A stretch of 64,000 bases of DNA, from positions 168,640,001-168,704,000 of the forward strand of contig NC_042999.1 in assembly GCF_006345805.1 (NCBI RefSeq), written 5' to 3'. Positions 26,966-40,316 of the stretch are shown one piece after another (the first letter of the stretch is position 1; each line of letters begins with the position of its first letter). The notes below the pieces were generated by a model. The model saw only the letters and a program-made list of their open reading frames with translations. It ran no database searches and was not told the origin of the DNA. The position numbers were made by a program, and so were the translations under genes. This DNA comes from Octopus sinensis (Eukaryota).

Positions 26966-27376
26966 ACTCTTTTACTCTTTTACTTGTTTCAGTCATTTGA
27001 CTGCGGCCATGCTGGAGCACCACCTTTAGTCGAGCAAATCGACCCCGGGACTTATTCTTTGCAAGCCCAGTACTTATTCTATCGGTCTCCTTTGCCGAAC
27101 CGCTAAGTGACGGGGACGTAAACACACCAGCATCGGTTGTCAAGCAATGCTAGGGGGACAAACACAGACACACAAACACACACACATACACATATATATA
27201 TATACATATATACGACAGGCTTCTTTCAGTTTCCGTCTACCAAATCCACTCACAAGGCATTGGTCGGCCCGGGGCTATAGCAGAAGACACTTGCCCAAGG
27301 TGCCACGTAGTGGGACTGAACCCGGAACCATGTGGTTGGTTAGCAAGCTACTTACCACACAGCCACTCCTGCGCCT
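26966..27376 (-). mobile_element. SINE family A
   Basis: Match to family A. Confidence 0.9.
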
Positions 27377-27535
27377 ATCTGGAAAAAAAAAAAACATAGT
27401 AATAATTATGGTGTACAAAATAAAAAGAAATATACACGATAGTACAAAACAAATGCTATAAAATCACAAGTTAGCACAGCCTGTTACTTACTTACCAGCA
27501 GAGAGTTTCAACAACCACACTATTTGACTGTCACA

Positions 27536-28017
27536 CGTAGGCAACCTTAGTTGAGTCAATGTTTTAATATGGGTCATCTAGATTTTCCTCCCCTGGCCAC
27601 ATCGTTAACAACGAGGTGGCACCCATGAGATAGGGACAACCAAGACGCGCACAACCAAGAACGGCCTCTTTAGCACCTCCTACACAGCCTGATGCTAACT
27701 GCATCGTCTTCCTCTCTGTTCCTGTTACTGGACGAGCCTGCCGCGTTGATTTGAATTTAGCTGAATCCACTATAGCAGTCATGGAAGGCGGCAAGACAAA
27801 AACCTTTTCTTATTCAACTTCCATTCTGTTCTGTTAAATGTTAATCTACAAGCTGTGTATAAATGCTCTCATCCTGGATTGGAATAAATACACCAGGTAC
27901 ATGAAGGCTTCGAAAACTCATAGGAATTGTTGTTGTTTCTCACTGGATCAATTCCTACAGCTATCGAAGGATGACCGGACATTATATTAAATTAGGGGGC
28001 TAAAAGCTCGCTAAAGA
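27536..28017 (+). repeat. 5' LTR
   Basis: Matches 32836-33558; contains tataaat and aataaa. Confidence 0.85.
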
Positions 28018-31000
28018 AACTATCCCCCGGATAGTTTCTTTAAAAAAAAAAACAACCAAAAAAGAAAACAAAAAGGCAGGAGATACGTGTTGAAACAAGC
28101 AAAAAAAAGAAAAGTATTTTAAATACCTTGTTCTCCTTTTTGACATCCACGTGTGTGAAGATTCTGTTGTTGACAACATGGTGAGTGGTTTTCGTCCGCA
28201 TTCCTTGACCATGTGCCTCATGCATGCATCCTAATGCTTTGCTTCGTTTTCACCTGGATTTTACCTGCTCGCTGCCATCACTCAACATTCTTCGATTTCG
28301 TCACCGTTACCAGCCTTTAGTGGTGATGTGTGGCTCTGGTTTTCCCAGTCAGACTCCTACTTCATGGCAAGCGACATTTCGTCTGAGCGGCAGCAACTGC
28401 ATATCCTACTGAGTTCCACCCCTCCATCACTGGCAAATAGTCTCAAGGATATCATCATTGACACCCCTAAAGATGCCACATATGCATCCGTCAAGAGTGA
28501 GATCATTTACAGGATGGCTGTACCCGAGAGTAAGCGTTTCCGCACGTTAATTTGTGACCAGCATTTGGATGGCAGGATGCTGACTCAACAGCTCCTTGCT
28601 AAAACAGCTTTTCTCCCGTTTGCCTTTGCATGTGCAGGGGATTCTCGCCCCTAGCATGGACGCCACTCCTATTGACCAGTTGGCCTTATCTGCTGATAGA
28701 ATTTTGGAGTACACTGGAAATGGAACTGCAGACAACAAATTGGCTGCTGTGTCTCCTTCTCCCTCAACAGTCGCAGCTTCATTTCAGCAGCCTGATTCTA
28801 CTCAGGCGGACACTCTACAGGCTATTAGGGAACTTACCAAGCAGGTGAAGAGCCTATGTGCCACTCAGAATTCGCCACGACGGCGAATGTTCAGCTGGTC
28901 ACCTTCCTCCAGGCGACGTGCTTTACCTCCTGCCCTCTCGTCAGACTTATACTAGTATCATCGTCGTTTTGGACGGAATGCTAGGAAGTGAATTCAACCG
29001 TGCTCTTATTTGAGCCAGGGAAACTCCACTACTGGATACTAAGCACGGCGGCTGCTCCTAGTACACATCCCCAGAGCCGTGCATTTTTCGTTAAAGATCA
29101 TTCATCAAGCAAATATTTCCTGGTAGATTCCGGTGCAGCTTGTTGTATTTGGCCACTGAAATTCAAGGACAAGCCTCCTCTATCAGATGTTACCCTGCAA
29201 GCTGTCAACCGCTCACCCATTTCAACATACGGTTAGGTTTCTCTTTCTCTGGATTTGGCCCTTCAATGAGACTTCAAGTGGATTTTTATCATCGCTGATC
29301 TGCCCTATCCAATCCTAGGTGCAGATTTTCTCCATCATTTTTTCCCTCATGGTTGATATACGTAAGCAGAGACTGGTAGACAGCACCACTGATCTCCATA
29401 TTCCTGGACGAATGGCGAATACTCCTGCAGCCAGCCCAGTTTTCTTCAAAGCCGCAGCTGGTGATCAGTATCAGGCTATTTTGGCCTCTTTCCCAGAAAT
29501 GACCAAACTAAACTTCCAGGTGGATAACCCTGCTCACTCGACAAGGCATTTTATTGCTACAGCTGGGCCTCCTGTTTTTTCTCGACCTTGTCGCCTATCT
29601 CCAGAGACGCTTAAGGCAGTCAAGACGGAGTTTGAACACATGCTCCAGCTAGGGATTATCCGCCCCTCCACCTGCCAATGGGCCTCACCATTGCACATGG
29701 TCCCCAAAGGATCAGGCAACTGGTGCCCTACTGGAGATTTCCGACACCTTAATGCTATGACTGTCCCGGATCATTATGCAATCCCTCCTCTCCAGGACTT
29801 TGCTTCATCTTTACAGGGGTCTACAGTGTGTCTCTAAGCTCGATCTGGTTCAGGCCTATCATCAGATACCTGTGTACCCGGAAGACATACCGAAAACTGC
29901 TGTGACAACACCGTTTGGCACTTCTGAATTTTTGTCAATGCCGTTCGGGCTGCGGAATGCTGCTAGTACATTCCAGCGCTTTATAGATGAGGTCATTCAT
30001 GGGCTGGACTTCATCTATGCTTATATCGATGATCTGTTGATTGCCAGTTCTAGTACTGATGAGCATGTACAACATTTAAAGCTGCTTTTCCAGCGCCTGA
30101 CACAATTCAGAGTTAGAATAAATCCAGCTAAATGTGTTTTTGGATCCTCTTCCCTTGGCCACCTCATCGATGAAGTGGGTATTAGGCCTCTTCTTGAAAA
30201 AGTCCGGGTCATCTAAGAACTTCCTCCTCCTACCTCACTCCGGCAGCTCAGTCATTGCCTGGGATTATTGAACTTTTACAGATGATTTATCCCTCACTGT
30301 GCGGAGCACCTTGCTCCTCTTACTGAGCTTTTAAAGGATCGCAAGAACAAAAATGAAGCTATTTCATTCTCACCTTCCCAAATGGATGCTTTTCAAACGG
30401 TAAAGCGTGAACTTGCACAAGCCTCACTGTTAGCGCACCCTGTTTATGGTGCAAAGCTTTCGCTTGTGGGAGACGCATCAAATACAGCTGTCGGCGCTGT
30501 GTTGCAACAGTTCCATCAAGAGCATATGCAACCTTTGGCATTTTCCTCTCGGCAGCTGCAACCCGCCGAGACCCATTATAGTACTTTTGGACGTGAATTA
30601 TTGGCAATTTACCTGGCAGTAAAACACTTCCGTCATTATCTTGAAGGGGGACAGTTTACCTTCTACACGGACCATAAACCCCTTACATTTGCCTTACGGT
30701 CTAAGCCTGAAAAATATTCGCTGAGGGAAACAAGACATCTCGATTTTGTTGCCCAGTTTACCAGCGACATTCAGCATATCTCGGGAACCCAGAACACTCC
30801 TGCTGGGGCCTTGTCCCGTTTGCCAATCAACTAATTCGCACCCACTTCTGCAATTGACTTAACGGTTTTAGCCTCAGACCAGCCTTCTTTGGACTCATTT
30901 GATACCACATCTGCTGAATTTGCAACATGTAAATTCAAGTACCTGCCTATACCAACTGCCGACAGGAGCATCTTGTGCGACATATCGACGGAGTCACCTC

Positions 31001-32835
31001 GCCCCTTCATTCCGGAGAAGCACCACAAGGTTGTCTTCTATGCTTTGCATAGGCTGGCTCATCCTGGCATCGCGGCCTCGGTAAAACTCATTACAGCTAG
31101 ATTTCTCTGGCCAAACATGAGACCAAATGGTCTCACGCTTGTCTTCAATGCCAAAAATCTAAAGTGCACAAGTATATATGGGCACCTTTCGGCACTTTTA
31201 ACTCTCAGGACACCTGTTTCTCTCATGTGCATATTGATATTGTGGGACCGTGGAATATCAGTCAGGGATTCACATATATCTTGACTTGTATTGATCACTT
31301 CAGCCGATTGCCTAAAGTGATTCCGTTAACAGATGTTACTGCTGAATCGGTAGCGCGAGCTCTAGTATCAGGATGGATATTGCACTATAGTGTTCCCACC
31401 ACCATCACTACATACCGTGGCAGGCAGTTCGAGTCACACCTCTTTTCCAAGTTGGCAAAAATCATCAGGGCTCAACGGATTAGGACTACCAGTTACCATC
31501 CAGCTTCGAACGGTATGGTGGAAAGCTGAAAGCTGCTTTACGAGCCTCTCTTGACACCCAGCATTGGACAGAGTATCTTCCTATTGTTTTCCTTGGTATC
31601 CAAACATCAGTTAAGGAAGACCTTGGTTTCTCTCCAGCTGAGCTGCTTTATGGTACCCCATTGTCCTTGCCGGGGCAGATGCTCGCACCAGTTGATCTTA
31701 CTACTCAAGATCCGGCCCTTTATGTTAACCACCTGCGTGCATACTTTCAGGAGCTTCCACCAATAAACACTCAGCAGCAGACAATAAAATCTTTGGTCCC
31801 CAAGGATATTGCCTCGTGGACTCACGTTTTTGTACGTAAGGATGCAGTGAGAGGTCCCCTCACTCCTCCTTACTCAGGACCCTATCGCGTGTTGGCACGC
31901 AACGATAAACATTTCCCCATAAACTTGAATGGTTCCTGAGAAATAGTCTCGGTTGATAGACTTAAACAGGCCTAAACAGATGCGCTCACACCAGAGCCTC
32001 ATACTCCCCCATCCTTCACTATACAACAGGAAAATGCTGCCCCACTGCATCCACCAACAGTTCAGTTACACGCATCTTCCCCACACCCACCAACATACGT
32101 CATACCCGCAGTGTGTGTCATGTTAATTGGTCTCAAAAACTTTGTAAAACTATTTTTATATGAAACTCAGATTCTGTTTGTTTTTTTCCTTTCCTGTTTA
32201 ATGCATTTATTCTGTTTTTCCTTTTCATGTATATACTTGTTTACCTTGCCTTTGCATCCACTAATTTTGGCATGGCATTTGCAGCCTTGTACATTTCAAA
32301 GGCTTTTTCTTTCTGTGTATATTATATGTTGTTTCAATGTTCGTGCACACATACACCACACTCTAGGATTTTAGTTGTTTTCTCCTTGCTCCTACATGCT
32401 AGTACTTCCAGCCTCTGCAAGCGACCCACCGTTCTTGCACGCTTACGACACTAGCCTCTTGTAAGTGACCTCCCGCTCTTGCTAACTTAAAATACTTTGA
32501 CTCTTGCATCCTATGATTTCCAGTTTCCTGGACAGTTGTTATCGTGTTTGCATGTCAGGCGTCTTCTGCCTCAGTCTTGCACTGGCTGGCACATCCTGCA
32601 CACGACCTTAACATTGCATAACATACATTCATACAGATTCTGCAACTTTTCATTTACCTATTCTTGTGTTTGCATGCATTGTTCGCGTTTTGCCGTGTTC
32701 CATGATAGTCATTCGCATGCCCTCAGTATCTCCGCTCAGCCTTGTGAAACGCAAGGCAATTATCTCCTTCGGTGCCTACAGTTTTACTCCTTGTCTTTTT
32801 GACCTTTTCTCTTCTTTCGCTCTTGGAGAGGGTTA

Positions 32836-33558
32836 TGTAGGCCACATTAGTTGAATCAATGTTTTAATATGGGTCATCTAGAGTTTCCTCCCCTCGTCCC
32901 ATCCTTAACAACGAGGTGGCACCCATGAGATAGGGACAACCAAGACGCGCACAACCAAGAACGGCCTCTTTAGCACCTCCTACACAGCCTGATGCTAACT
33001 GCATCGTCTTCCTCTCTGTTCCTGTTACTGGACGAGCCCGCCGCGTTGATTTGAATTTAGCTGAATCCACTATAGCAGTCATGGAAGGCGGCAAGACAAA
33101 AACCTTTTCTTATTCAACTTCCATTCTGTTCTGTTAAATGTTAATCTACAAGCTGTGTATAAATGCTCTCATCCTGGATTGGAATAAATACACCAGGTAC
33201 ATGAAGGCTTCGAAAACTCATAGGAATTGTTGTTGTTTCTCACTGGATCAATTCCTACAGCTATCGAAGGATGACCGGACATTATATTAAATTATTATTA
33301 TATTAATAAGGCGGCGTTGGCAGACTCGTTAGCGCGCCGGGCGAAATGATTAGCGGTATTTTGTCTGTCGTTACATTCTGAGTTCAAATTCCGCCGAGGT
33401 CGACTTTACCTTTCGTCCTTTCGGGGTCGATAAATAAAGTACCAGTTTCGCACTGGGGTCGATGTAATCGACTTAATACCTTTGTCTGTCCTTGTTTAGC
33501 CCCTTGTGGGCAATAAAGAAATTTATGTTAAATTAGTGGGCTAAAAGCTCGCTAAACA
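32836..33558 (+). repeat. 3' LTR (TG...CA), interrupted by a SINE
   Basis: Follows the PPT; ends ctcgctaaaCA. Confidence 0.85.
33308..33522 (+). mobile_element. SINE family C inserted in the 3' LTR
   Basis: ggcggcg..tggcaga..gagttcaaattcc head; absent from the 5' LTR; ttat(a/g)ttaaatta duplicated on both sides. Confidence 0.85.
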
Positions 33559-34241
33559 CGTAATGACTGACTGTTGATCTGTTACTCAGTGTTGCCAACT
33601 CAAGATAAATTTTATTGATCAAAATCATTAGAACCTGTATATAGTTGGCAAACAAAAATTGCTCTAACCTTGAAAAGCAAGTTTCATATTACAGGCACTA
33701 ACCCTATTAAAACCAAAGTCTGGATGTGGTAGAAATTTTAGTTAATGATTTGCATTTTACACAAAATCTAGACATGCTAGAAAAAAATCTAATTATAGAT
33801 TTGAAATTAGCTAGGAACACCCATTTGGTCTTCTGTAACAAAATCTTTGTTGCTTTGTGTTATATAAGGGTGAGTTGAGAATAATGATCATACGTTAACC
33901 TACCAATACCTGGCATAAAGCCACAATGTCTACTGCACCGTCATTCAATAGAGGAATTTTTTTGTCTTGTGAGTTACATAGTGACCTCAGTAGCACCAGT
34001 TCCATGCCACTGGCACAGGTGCCAGACGGGGCACATATATATATATATATATATGCACTCAGTACTCCCTGTAAAGTGATTAGCATTAGGAAGGGCATCC
34101 AACCAGAGAAACCATGCCAAAGAGGTTTGTCAAATCCTACTGAATCATCCAACTCATGCCAACATGAAAGATGGATGTTAAGTTGACAATGACATGTGCA
34201 TGTGCGTAAACTGTTTGAAAAATATGAACTAAAGTTCATAT

Positions 34242-34647
34242 AGGCGCAGGAGTGGCTGTGTGGTAAGTAGCTTGCTGACCAACCACATGGTTCCGGGTTC
34301 AGTGCCACTGCGTGGCATCTTGGGCAAGTGTCTTCTGCTATAGCCCCGGGCCGACCAATGCCTTGTGAGTGTATTTGGTAGACGGAAACTGAAAGAAACC
34401 TGTCGTATATATGTGTATGTGTGTGTGTGTGTTTGTGTGTCTGTGTTTGTCCCCCTAGCATTGCTTGACAACCGATGCTGGTGTGTTTACGTCCCCGTCA
34501 CTTAGCAGTTCGACAAAAGAGACCGATAGAATAAGTATTGGGCTTACAAAGAATAAGTCTCGGGGTCGATTTGCTCGACTAAAGGCGGTGCTCCAGCATG
34601 GCCGCAGTCAAATGACTGAAACAAGTAAAAGAGTAAGAGTAAAGAGT
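34242..34647 (+). mobile_element. SINE family A
   Basis: Match to family A. Confidence 0.9.
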
Positions 34648-34841
34648 ATAGTCATATGATATTGTAATTGTTTTTATAATTTGTTCAAGAACTATACAGG
34701 GAAATAGCATTATCACTGGTATATAGAACCCCTTGATTTGTAACTGGCTTGATAAGTCTAACATATGAAACTCTCAGCCTTTGAGTCACTCTGTTGCTTC
34801 TACTAAATAATATATATACATATATATATATGCCCCGGCTA

Positions 34842-35423
34842 GCACCTGTGCTGGTGGCACGTAAAAAGCACCCACTGTGGTTGGCGTTAGGAAGGGCATC
34901 CAGCCGTAGAAACACTGCCAGATCAGACTGGTCCTGGTGCAGCCTTCTGGCTTCCCAGACCCCAGTTGAACCGTCCAACCCATGCTAGCATGGAAAGCGT
35001 ATGCTAAATGGTGATGATGATGATATATAGGCATAGGAGTGGCTGTGTGGTAAGTAGCTTGCTTACGAACCACATGGTTCTGGGTTCAGTCCCACTGCAT
35101 GGCACCTTGAGCAAGTGTCTTCTAGTATAGCCTTGGGCCAACCAAAGCCTTGTGAGTGGATTTGGTAGATGGAAACTGAAAGAAGCCCATCGTATATATG
35201 TATATATATGTATGTGTGTGTATGTTTGTGTGTCTGTGTTTGCCCCACCAACATCGTTTGACAACCAATGCTGGCGTGTTTACGTCCCCCGTAACTTAGC
35301 AGTTCAGCAAAAGAGACTGATAGAATAAGTACTAGGCTTACAAAGAATAAGATCGAGTTGCTTGACTAAAGGTGGTGCTCCAGCATGGCCACAGTTAAAT
35401 GACTATATACAAGTAAAAGAGTA
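34842..35423 (+). mobile_element. Family B element followed directly by SINE family A (35029-35423)
   Basis: Matches to both families. Confidence 0.85.
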
Positions 35424-35424
35424 A

Positions 35425-35684
35425 TGTATATATATATATATATAGATGCACATATACAAACGCACATATACACACACACGGCACCATGACAAATACCAAT
35501 CACACACCATGACAAATACATGCGAGCAAACACATACACACACTAACAAACATTAACCATACACAAACGTGCACACATATATATACACACACCATCCTAC
35601 CAAATATAAAACACACAGAGACGCATTTACTTACACCACAATAAACCCTGGGACCAATCAAAAACGGCCCACAAACACAAACAC

Positions 35685-35736
<52 letters not shown>

Positions 35737-36175
35737 TCACACCATTCTGACCTCCATACAGACGCACATATACACCCACATGCGCACACACAGCACCATG
35801 ACAAATACCAATCACATACATACACACACACAACACCAAGACAATCACACACACACATCTCAGACACAACATGCACTCTCCCATACACACATAACATCCC
35901 CACCAACACAAGAATACACACGCACCCACAGATCACACATACAAACAAACACATACACTAGCGCACACACAACACTAACAAACATTAACCATACACACAC
36001 ACACACAAACGGGCACACATATACACACACCATCCTACCAAATTTTAAAAACACACGCAGACACATCTATTTACACCACAATAAACCCTGGGACCAATCA
36101 AAAATGGCCCACACACACAAACACATGTATATATATATATATATATATAAACACACTCACACCATCCTGACCTCT
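35425..36175. repeat. CA-rich low-complexity tract with a duplicated ~200-bp block
   Basis: actaacaaacattaaccatac...caccacaataaaccctgggaccaatcaaaa occurs at ~35540-35750 and ~35970-36172. Confidence 0.8.
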
Positions 36176-39106
36176 AAAGCCAATCCCCCAAATCGTTGCT
36201 ACTTGAAAGGGAAACAAAAAACTTCTTTTCAATTCCACATTACTCCCCCACAAAAAAAACACACCTACATTGTCCCTTGAAATAAAAAATAGTCTTTTAC
36301 GATAACATGGTGGACTAGGTCAGTTTGAGCTTCCCTACTACTAAAATGTAAACTTTTTTGAACTTATAATATTCTGTTTTTTGTATGTATATACAGATAC
36401 AATACTAATATTCCACTGAACTTTTTAATAATTCCTTCTGGAAACTGTCTTTAACATTTTCTTAAGAATGTATATATATATTGTAATCTTTTGTGCCCAA
36501 TATTTTAATGAACTTGTTCGACTTTTTTATATTTTCCGAAGATTTTCCCTTGTAAACATGTTCTTATTATCAAAGAATGTATATGTATATTGTAATATTT
36601 TGTGACAACCAGTACCTAACACAACCAAGCTTTTACATGTTACTTTTGACAATCTTTTTTTAAAAAAGTGAAACCGGTAAAGTAAATAAACATCTTTTAA
36701 AATTGCATTTTCAAACCTTCTTTCATATATAATTCCACTTGTGCAGTACCTTACAACTCCACTTTGTTATATATATATATTTATATATATAAAACTCAAC
36801 TTGTGTGTCTGTGTGTTTAACTTCCCGGCACATCTCCTCCTAGCCAACAAATCATAGAACCACCAACAATGGGTCACTTAAAGTTTAGGCGAATGAAAAT
36901 TGAACTGCGCTATTTCTGTTCCGAAATTCATCTCGCAAGTGCAAAAAACGATAATGTGTTTGTTTAGGCCTTATCCCATGCATTGAATTGTGAACTTTAC
37001 TCAGTCAGCTGTTTGACGTGAACTGTGTTCACCACGCGTGCAAGCATGAGTAAATTGCATGAAAAATAAAAAAATCAAGATATAAAAAAGAATCGCCGTA
37101 AACATTGTAGAAATTCGGCCAAGAAATGAATTTTCGGGATGTAGACTGGAGGGTTTTTTTGTATTAATCGTTTGGACTTTGTGAACACATACCAATTGTT
37201 TTCATAACATTTTTAACGCTTTAAATTAAATGTGACCATTTTGTGTTGAGTCTGCAGTTTGAATCACTTTAACCAAATTTTAGCAGGCCAAATTTTTGTT
37301 CATCACGATACATCGCCAGCAACTCCCTGAAACTCTCCCCTGAAATCCCTGTTGAGAAATCTATATATATAAAACTCAACTTGTGTGTCTTTGTGTTTAA
37401 CTTTTGGATTTACCAAGTTTCATTATTAAGGATGGAAAGTAGTGTGTAGCAAATCTATCTCTATATATAAAACTGAAATGCGTTTTTACCGCTTGGATCG
37501 CTTTCAATGCCACTACGTCCTGTCCGATACGCTCCAAAATTTACAGGGACATGTAGAATGAGGTGACAATGCCCGTGGGCTACCTTAGAAATCCCTATCT
37601 TAAAAGGTGTGGTTGCTAGGGGCCATCTTCCTCACTCACGCTATTTCCTACATTCCCGCCTAACTCTCCTTCATTTATAACTTTGACATTTCCACTCCCA
37701 TTATTTAATGTAAGAATATTTTCACTCACTCTATCTCTTAGCTTCCCATAACTTTTACTCATGTATCTGTCTGCATTCATACAGAGAAACAAATATTCCA
37801 TCGCCATCGCCACCGCATTCTATTGTCTACCTGTCAACGTGCCCATCGACCAAATACAAACAGAACACACCGAGCGTTTATATATATGTGTGTGTGTTCT
37901 ATATATAAATATGTATATATACAAAGTGTATATGTCTGTATTTATGTATATTAAACTTTTTAATACTTTTTGATAGTTACGTAAAGGGAACTGGTTGCTT
38001 TTCTACACTTTTTGGGTGCAACTTGGGTGCGAGACAGATAATTTTCTCTGTTAATTACGTGACCAACAGGGGTCTAACAGGGGGAAATTATGCCTAAACA
38101 TGAGCGCAGCGCATGTGAACATCCAACGTGCTTTGAGTCGGGAGAAGAATTGAGCTGACGCAGACGTGTTGCAAAACAAGGGAGTACATGTGCAGAACAG
38201 AGGTGCATGAGTGCAATAGGGCTTGCTAGGCTGAAATACAGTGTACAGTATTGAATATCCCAGTGATTAATGCAGTAAGGCTGAGGCTGCCAGCCAGTGC
38301 TTGAGCTATTATATGCCTCGGTCGTGCAGGAACAAAAGTATGGCATGCTGGCGCGTTGTAAGGGACAAACAACTTTCTCTATGTATACGTGACCGACCTA
38401 GGGTCTTACAGAGATGAGTTGTGTTTACAAGGGCACATTGAGCATGGAAAACAAGCAAGAAAGGCATGTGTGGCGTATGAATGTGACAGAGATAGCATTT
38501 GTGTGTGTATTAACTATGTGTGTTCGTGTGTGCGACAGAAGTACAAACAAGGTGTATGTGGGCAAAACAAAATACAGTGCATAGGAAAAGTCTCTCAGGG
38601 TATTTCAGACAAGATGGAGTTAATTTCCCAGTTCGTAGTAAAGTACATAATAGCAGTTCGTTCTGTAACAGGATGTTCGGATCACAAGTGCAGATGCCGG
38701 TTGAACACATGTTGTGTAGTGGTTGTGGCTTCAATGCTGTGCCAGGTTACATTGGTACAGAAGATCTCGCAGGTAGTGCTGTGCTGTTAACCTCGGTGAA
38801 AATCATAACAGCGTGAAAGCTAAACCTGAATGAGTGCTATGTACATATTAGTGTTGCTGGAGATGAAGGCGACGGAGATGGAGACGACGTGAAGGTGAAG
38901 GACGACGATGGTGATGGCGACGTTGAGATGAAGGCGTCAGTGGCGTTGCTGGAGTATGTTAGCGTCGTCATTGGCTGGAGCAGGAACATGACTGGCTGGT
39001 CTGGTCGTCTGTCGCTGGAACTGGAACATGGTTGAGTAAGCTCTGTGTGGATGAAGACTGCGGCGGATTGATTGGTTCAGACTAGGTAGAAACTAGATTT
39101 TAGCTA

Positions 39107-39318
39107 AGTGTTCTATGGTCTATGACCAGAACTCGGGAAACTTGGTTGAGTGTTCTATGGTCTATAACCAGAACTCAGGAAACTTGGTTGAGTGTTCTAT
39201 GGTCTATGACTAGAACTCGGGAAACTTGCTTGACTGTTCTATGGTCTATGACCAGAACTCGGGAAACTTGGTTGAGTGTTCTATGGTCTATGACCAGAAC
39301 TCGGGAAACTTGGTTGAG
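39107..39318. repeat. 42-bp minisatellite, 5 copies
   Basis: Unit agtgttctatggtctatgaccagaactcgggaaacttggttg. Confidence 0.95.
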
Positions 39319-40009
39319 TCCTCATCTTATAAAATGTGGCCCCAGTAGACCCAAATGAAATCGGGTTATATTAACCAAAATGTGAAAAGGGGTCTAAATG
39401 GGGCTGGAAGGGGATTAAAATTTAAAGGAGCGGGTGTTTAGCAATTCTCTGTTACATCAAGCTAAAAAATTTGTGGCAGCCTTTTAATCGTCAATGTGTT
39501 GCCGTCCATGATGAAGAAGTTTTGAATGCTTGCCATGGTGAGTCTACTGTCATGAGAAAGAATCGATTCAAAACTTGGTTTTTAGGGATTTTCTTTTACA
39601 TCAAGTTCAAAATTTTACGCCAGCCGTTGAACTGTCAATACGTTGCTGTCCGTCGTTAAGAAATGCCAGCCATGGTGACTCTACTTTCCTCAGATTCTAT
39701 CCTTTCAAACTTTGGTTTCCAATATTTTATTATTTTCATTCAGCTCGCAAGTTCGTCTGTCCCTTTTAAATGTTAGTGTTTTGCTGTCTGCCTTGAAGCA
39801 GACCTTTCCGTTGTTACTGCCTGATATTTATGATTGATCTTTCTAAATATTTTATTTCTCAACTTACTCAAGATCTTTTGTTGTTTATAAATGGGAGAGA
39901 GATAGATAAAGATAGAGAGTAAGAGAAAGCGAGGGAGAGTCCGAGAGAAAGGAAGAGTAAGAGAGTGGGAAAAGTGAGAGAGAAAGGAGAGAGAAACAAA
40001 GAGGGAGAA

Positions 40010-40316
40010 TCATCATCATCATCGTTTAACGTCCGTTTTCCGTGCTAGCACGGGTTGGACAGTTTGACCGGGATCTGGGAAGCCAGGAGGCTGCACCAGG
40101 CTCCAGTCTGATCTGGCAGTGTTTCTACAGGTGGATGCCCTTCCTAACACCAACCACTCTGTGAGTATAGTGGGTGCTTTTTTCGTGCCGCCGACACAGG
40201 TGCCAGGGGGGCTGGCAGCGGCAATGATCGGTTGGCGCTTTTTATGTGCCACCGGCACAGAAGCCAGTCAAGGCTGCGCTGCAATCGGCCACGTTCGGAT
40301 GGTGCTTTTTACGTGC
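40010..40316 (-). mobile_element. Family B RTE-tail element
   Basis: (cat)n followed by cgtttaacgtccgttttcc. Confidence 0.85.

Larger units (their letters stand above)
27536..33558 (+). mobile_element. Ty3/Gypsy LTR retrotransposon (CsRn1-clade-like), coding region inactivated
   Basis: Direct repeats 5300 bp apart; gag (WLWFSQ, decayed CHCC YHRRFGRNARK..PC), protease FLVDSGA, RT (WASPLHMV, YIDDLLI), RNase H (DASNTAVGAVL, TDHKPL), integrase (HVHIDIVGP, SYHPASNGMVE, PPYSGPY); PPT ggagaggg before 32836. Confidence 0.93.
24411..33859 (-). mobile_element. Chapaev-3 (CMC) DNA transposon remnant, interrupted by SINEs and a Gypsy element
   Basis: N-terminal CVNQPDNRCCI..YKYYF..LGEQKQDWTAHICCAYC (26740-26930); PPLHIKPGFMKNFV, AKLEAGVFTGPQ, AVSDEHGKYFHQ (24910-25570); degenerate TIRs (gcaacaaa..ttttgttaca) at 24411 and 33859. 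Confidence 0.7.

Noticed and set aside
35500-36280. His/Thr-rich and Cys/Val-rich ORFs
   Set aside because: Products of CA/TG low-complexity sequence
39107-39318. CRISPR-like array
   Set aside because: Contiguous tandem units with no unique spacers, in a eukaryotic context with no cas genes
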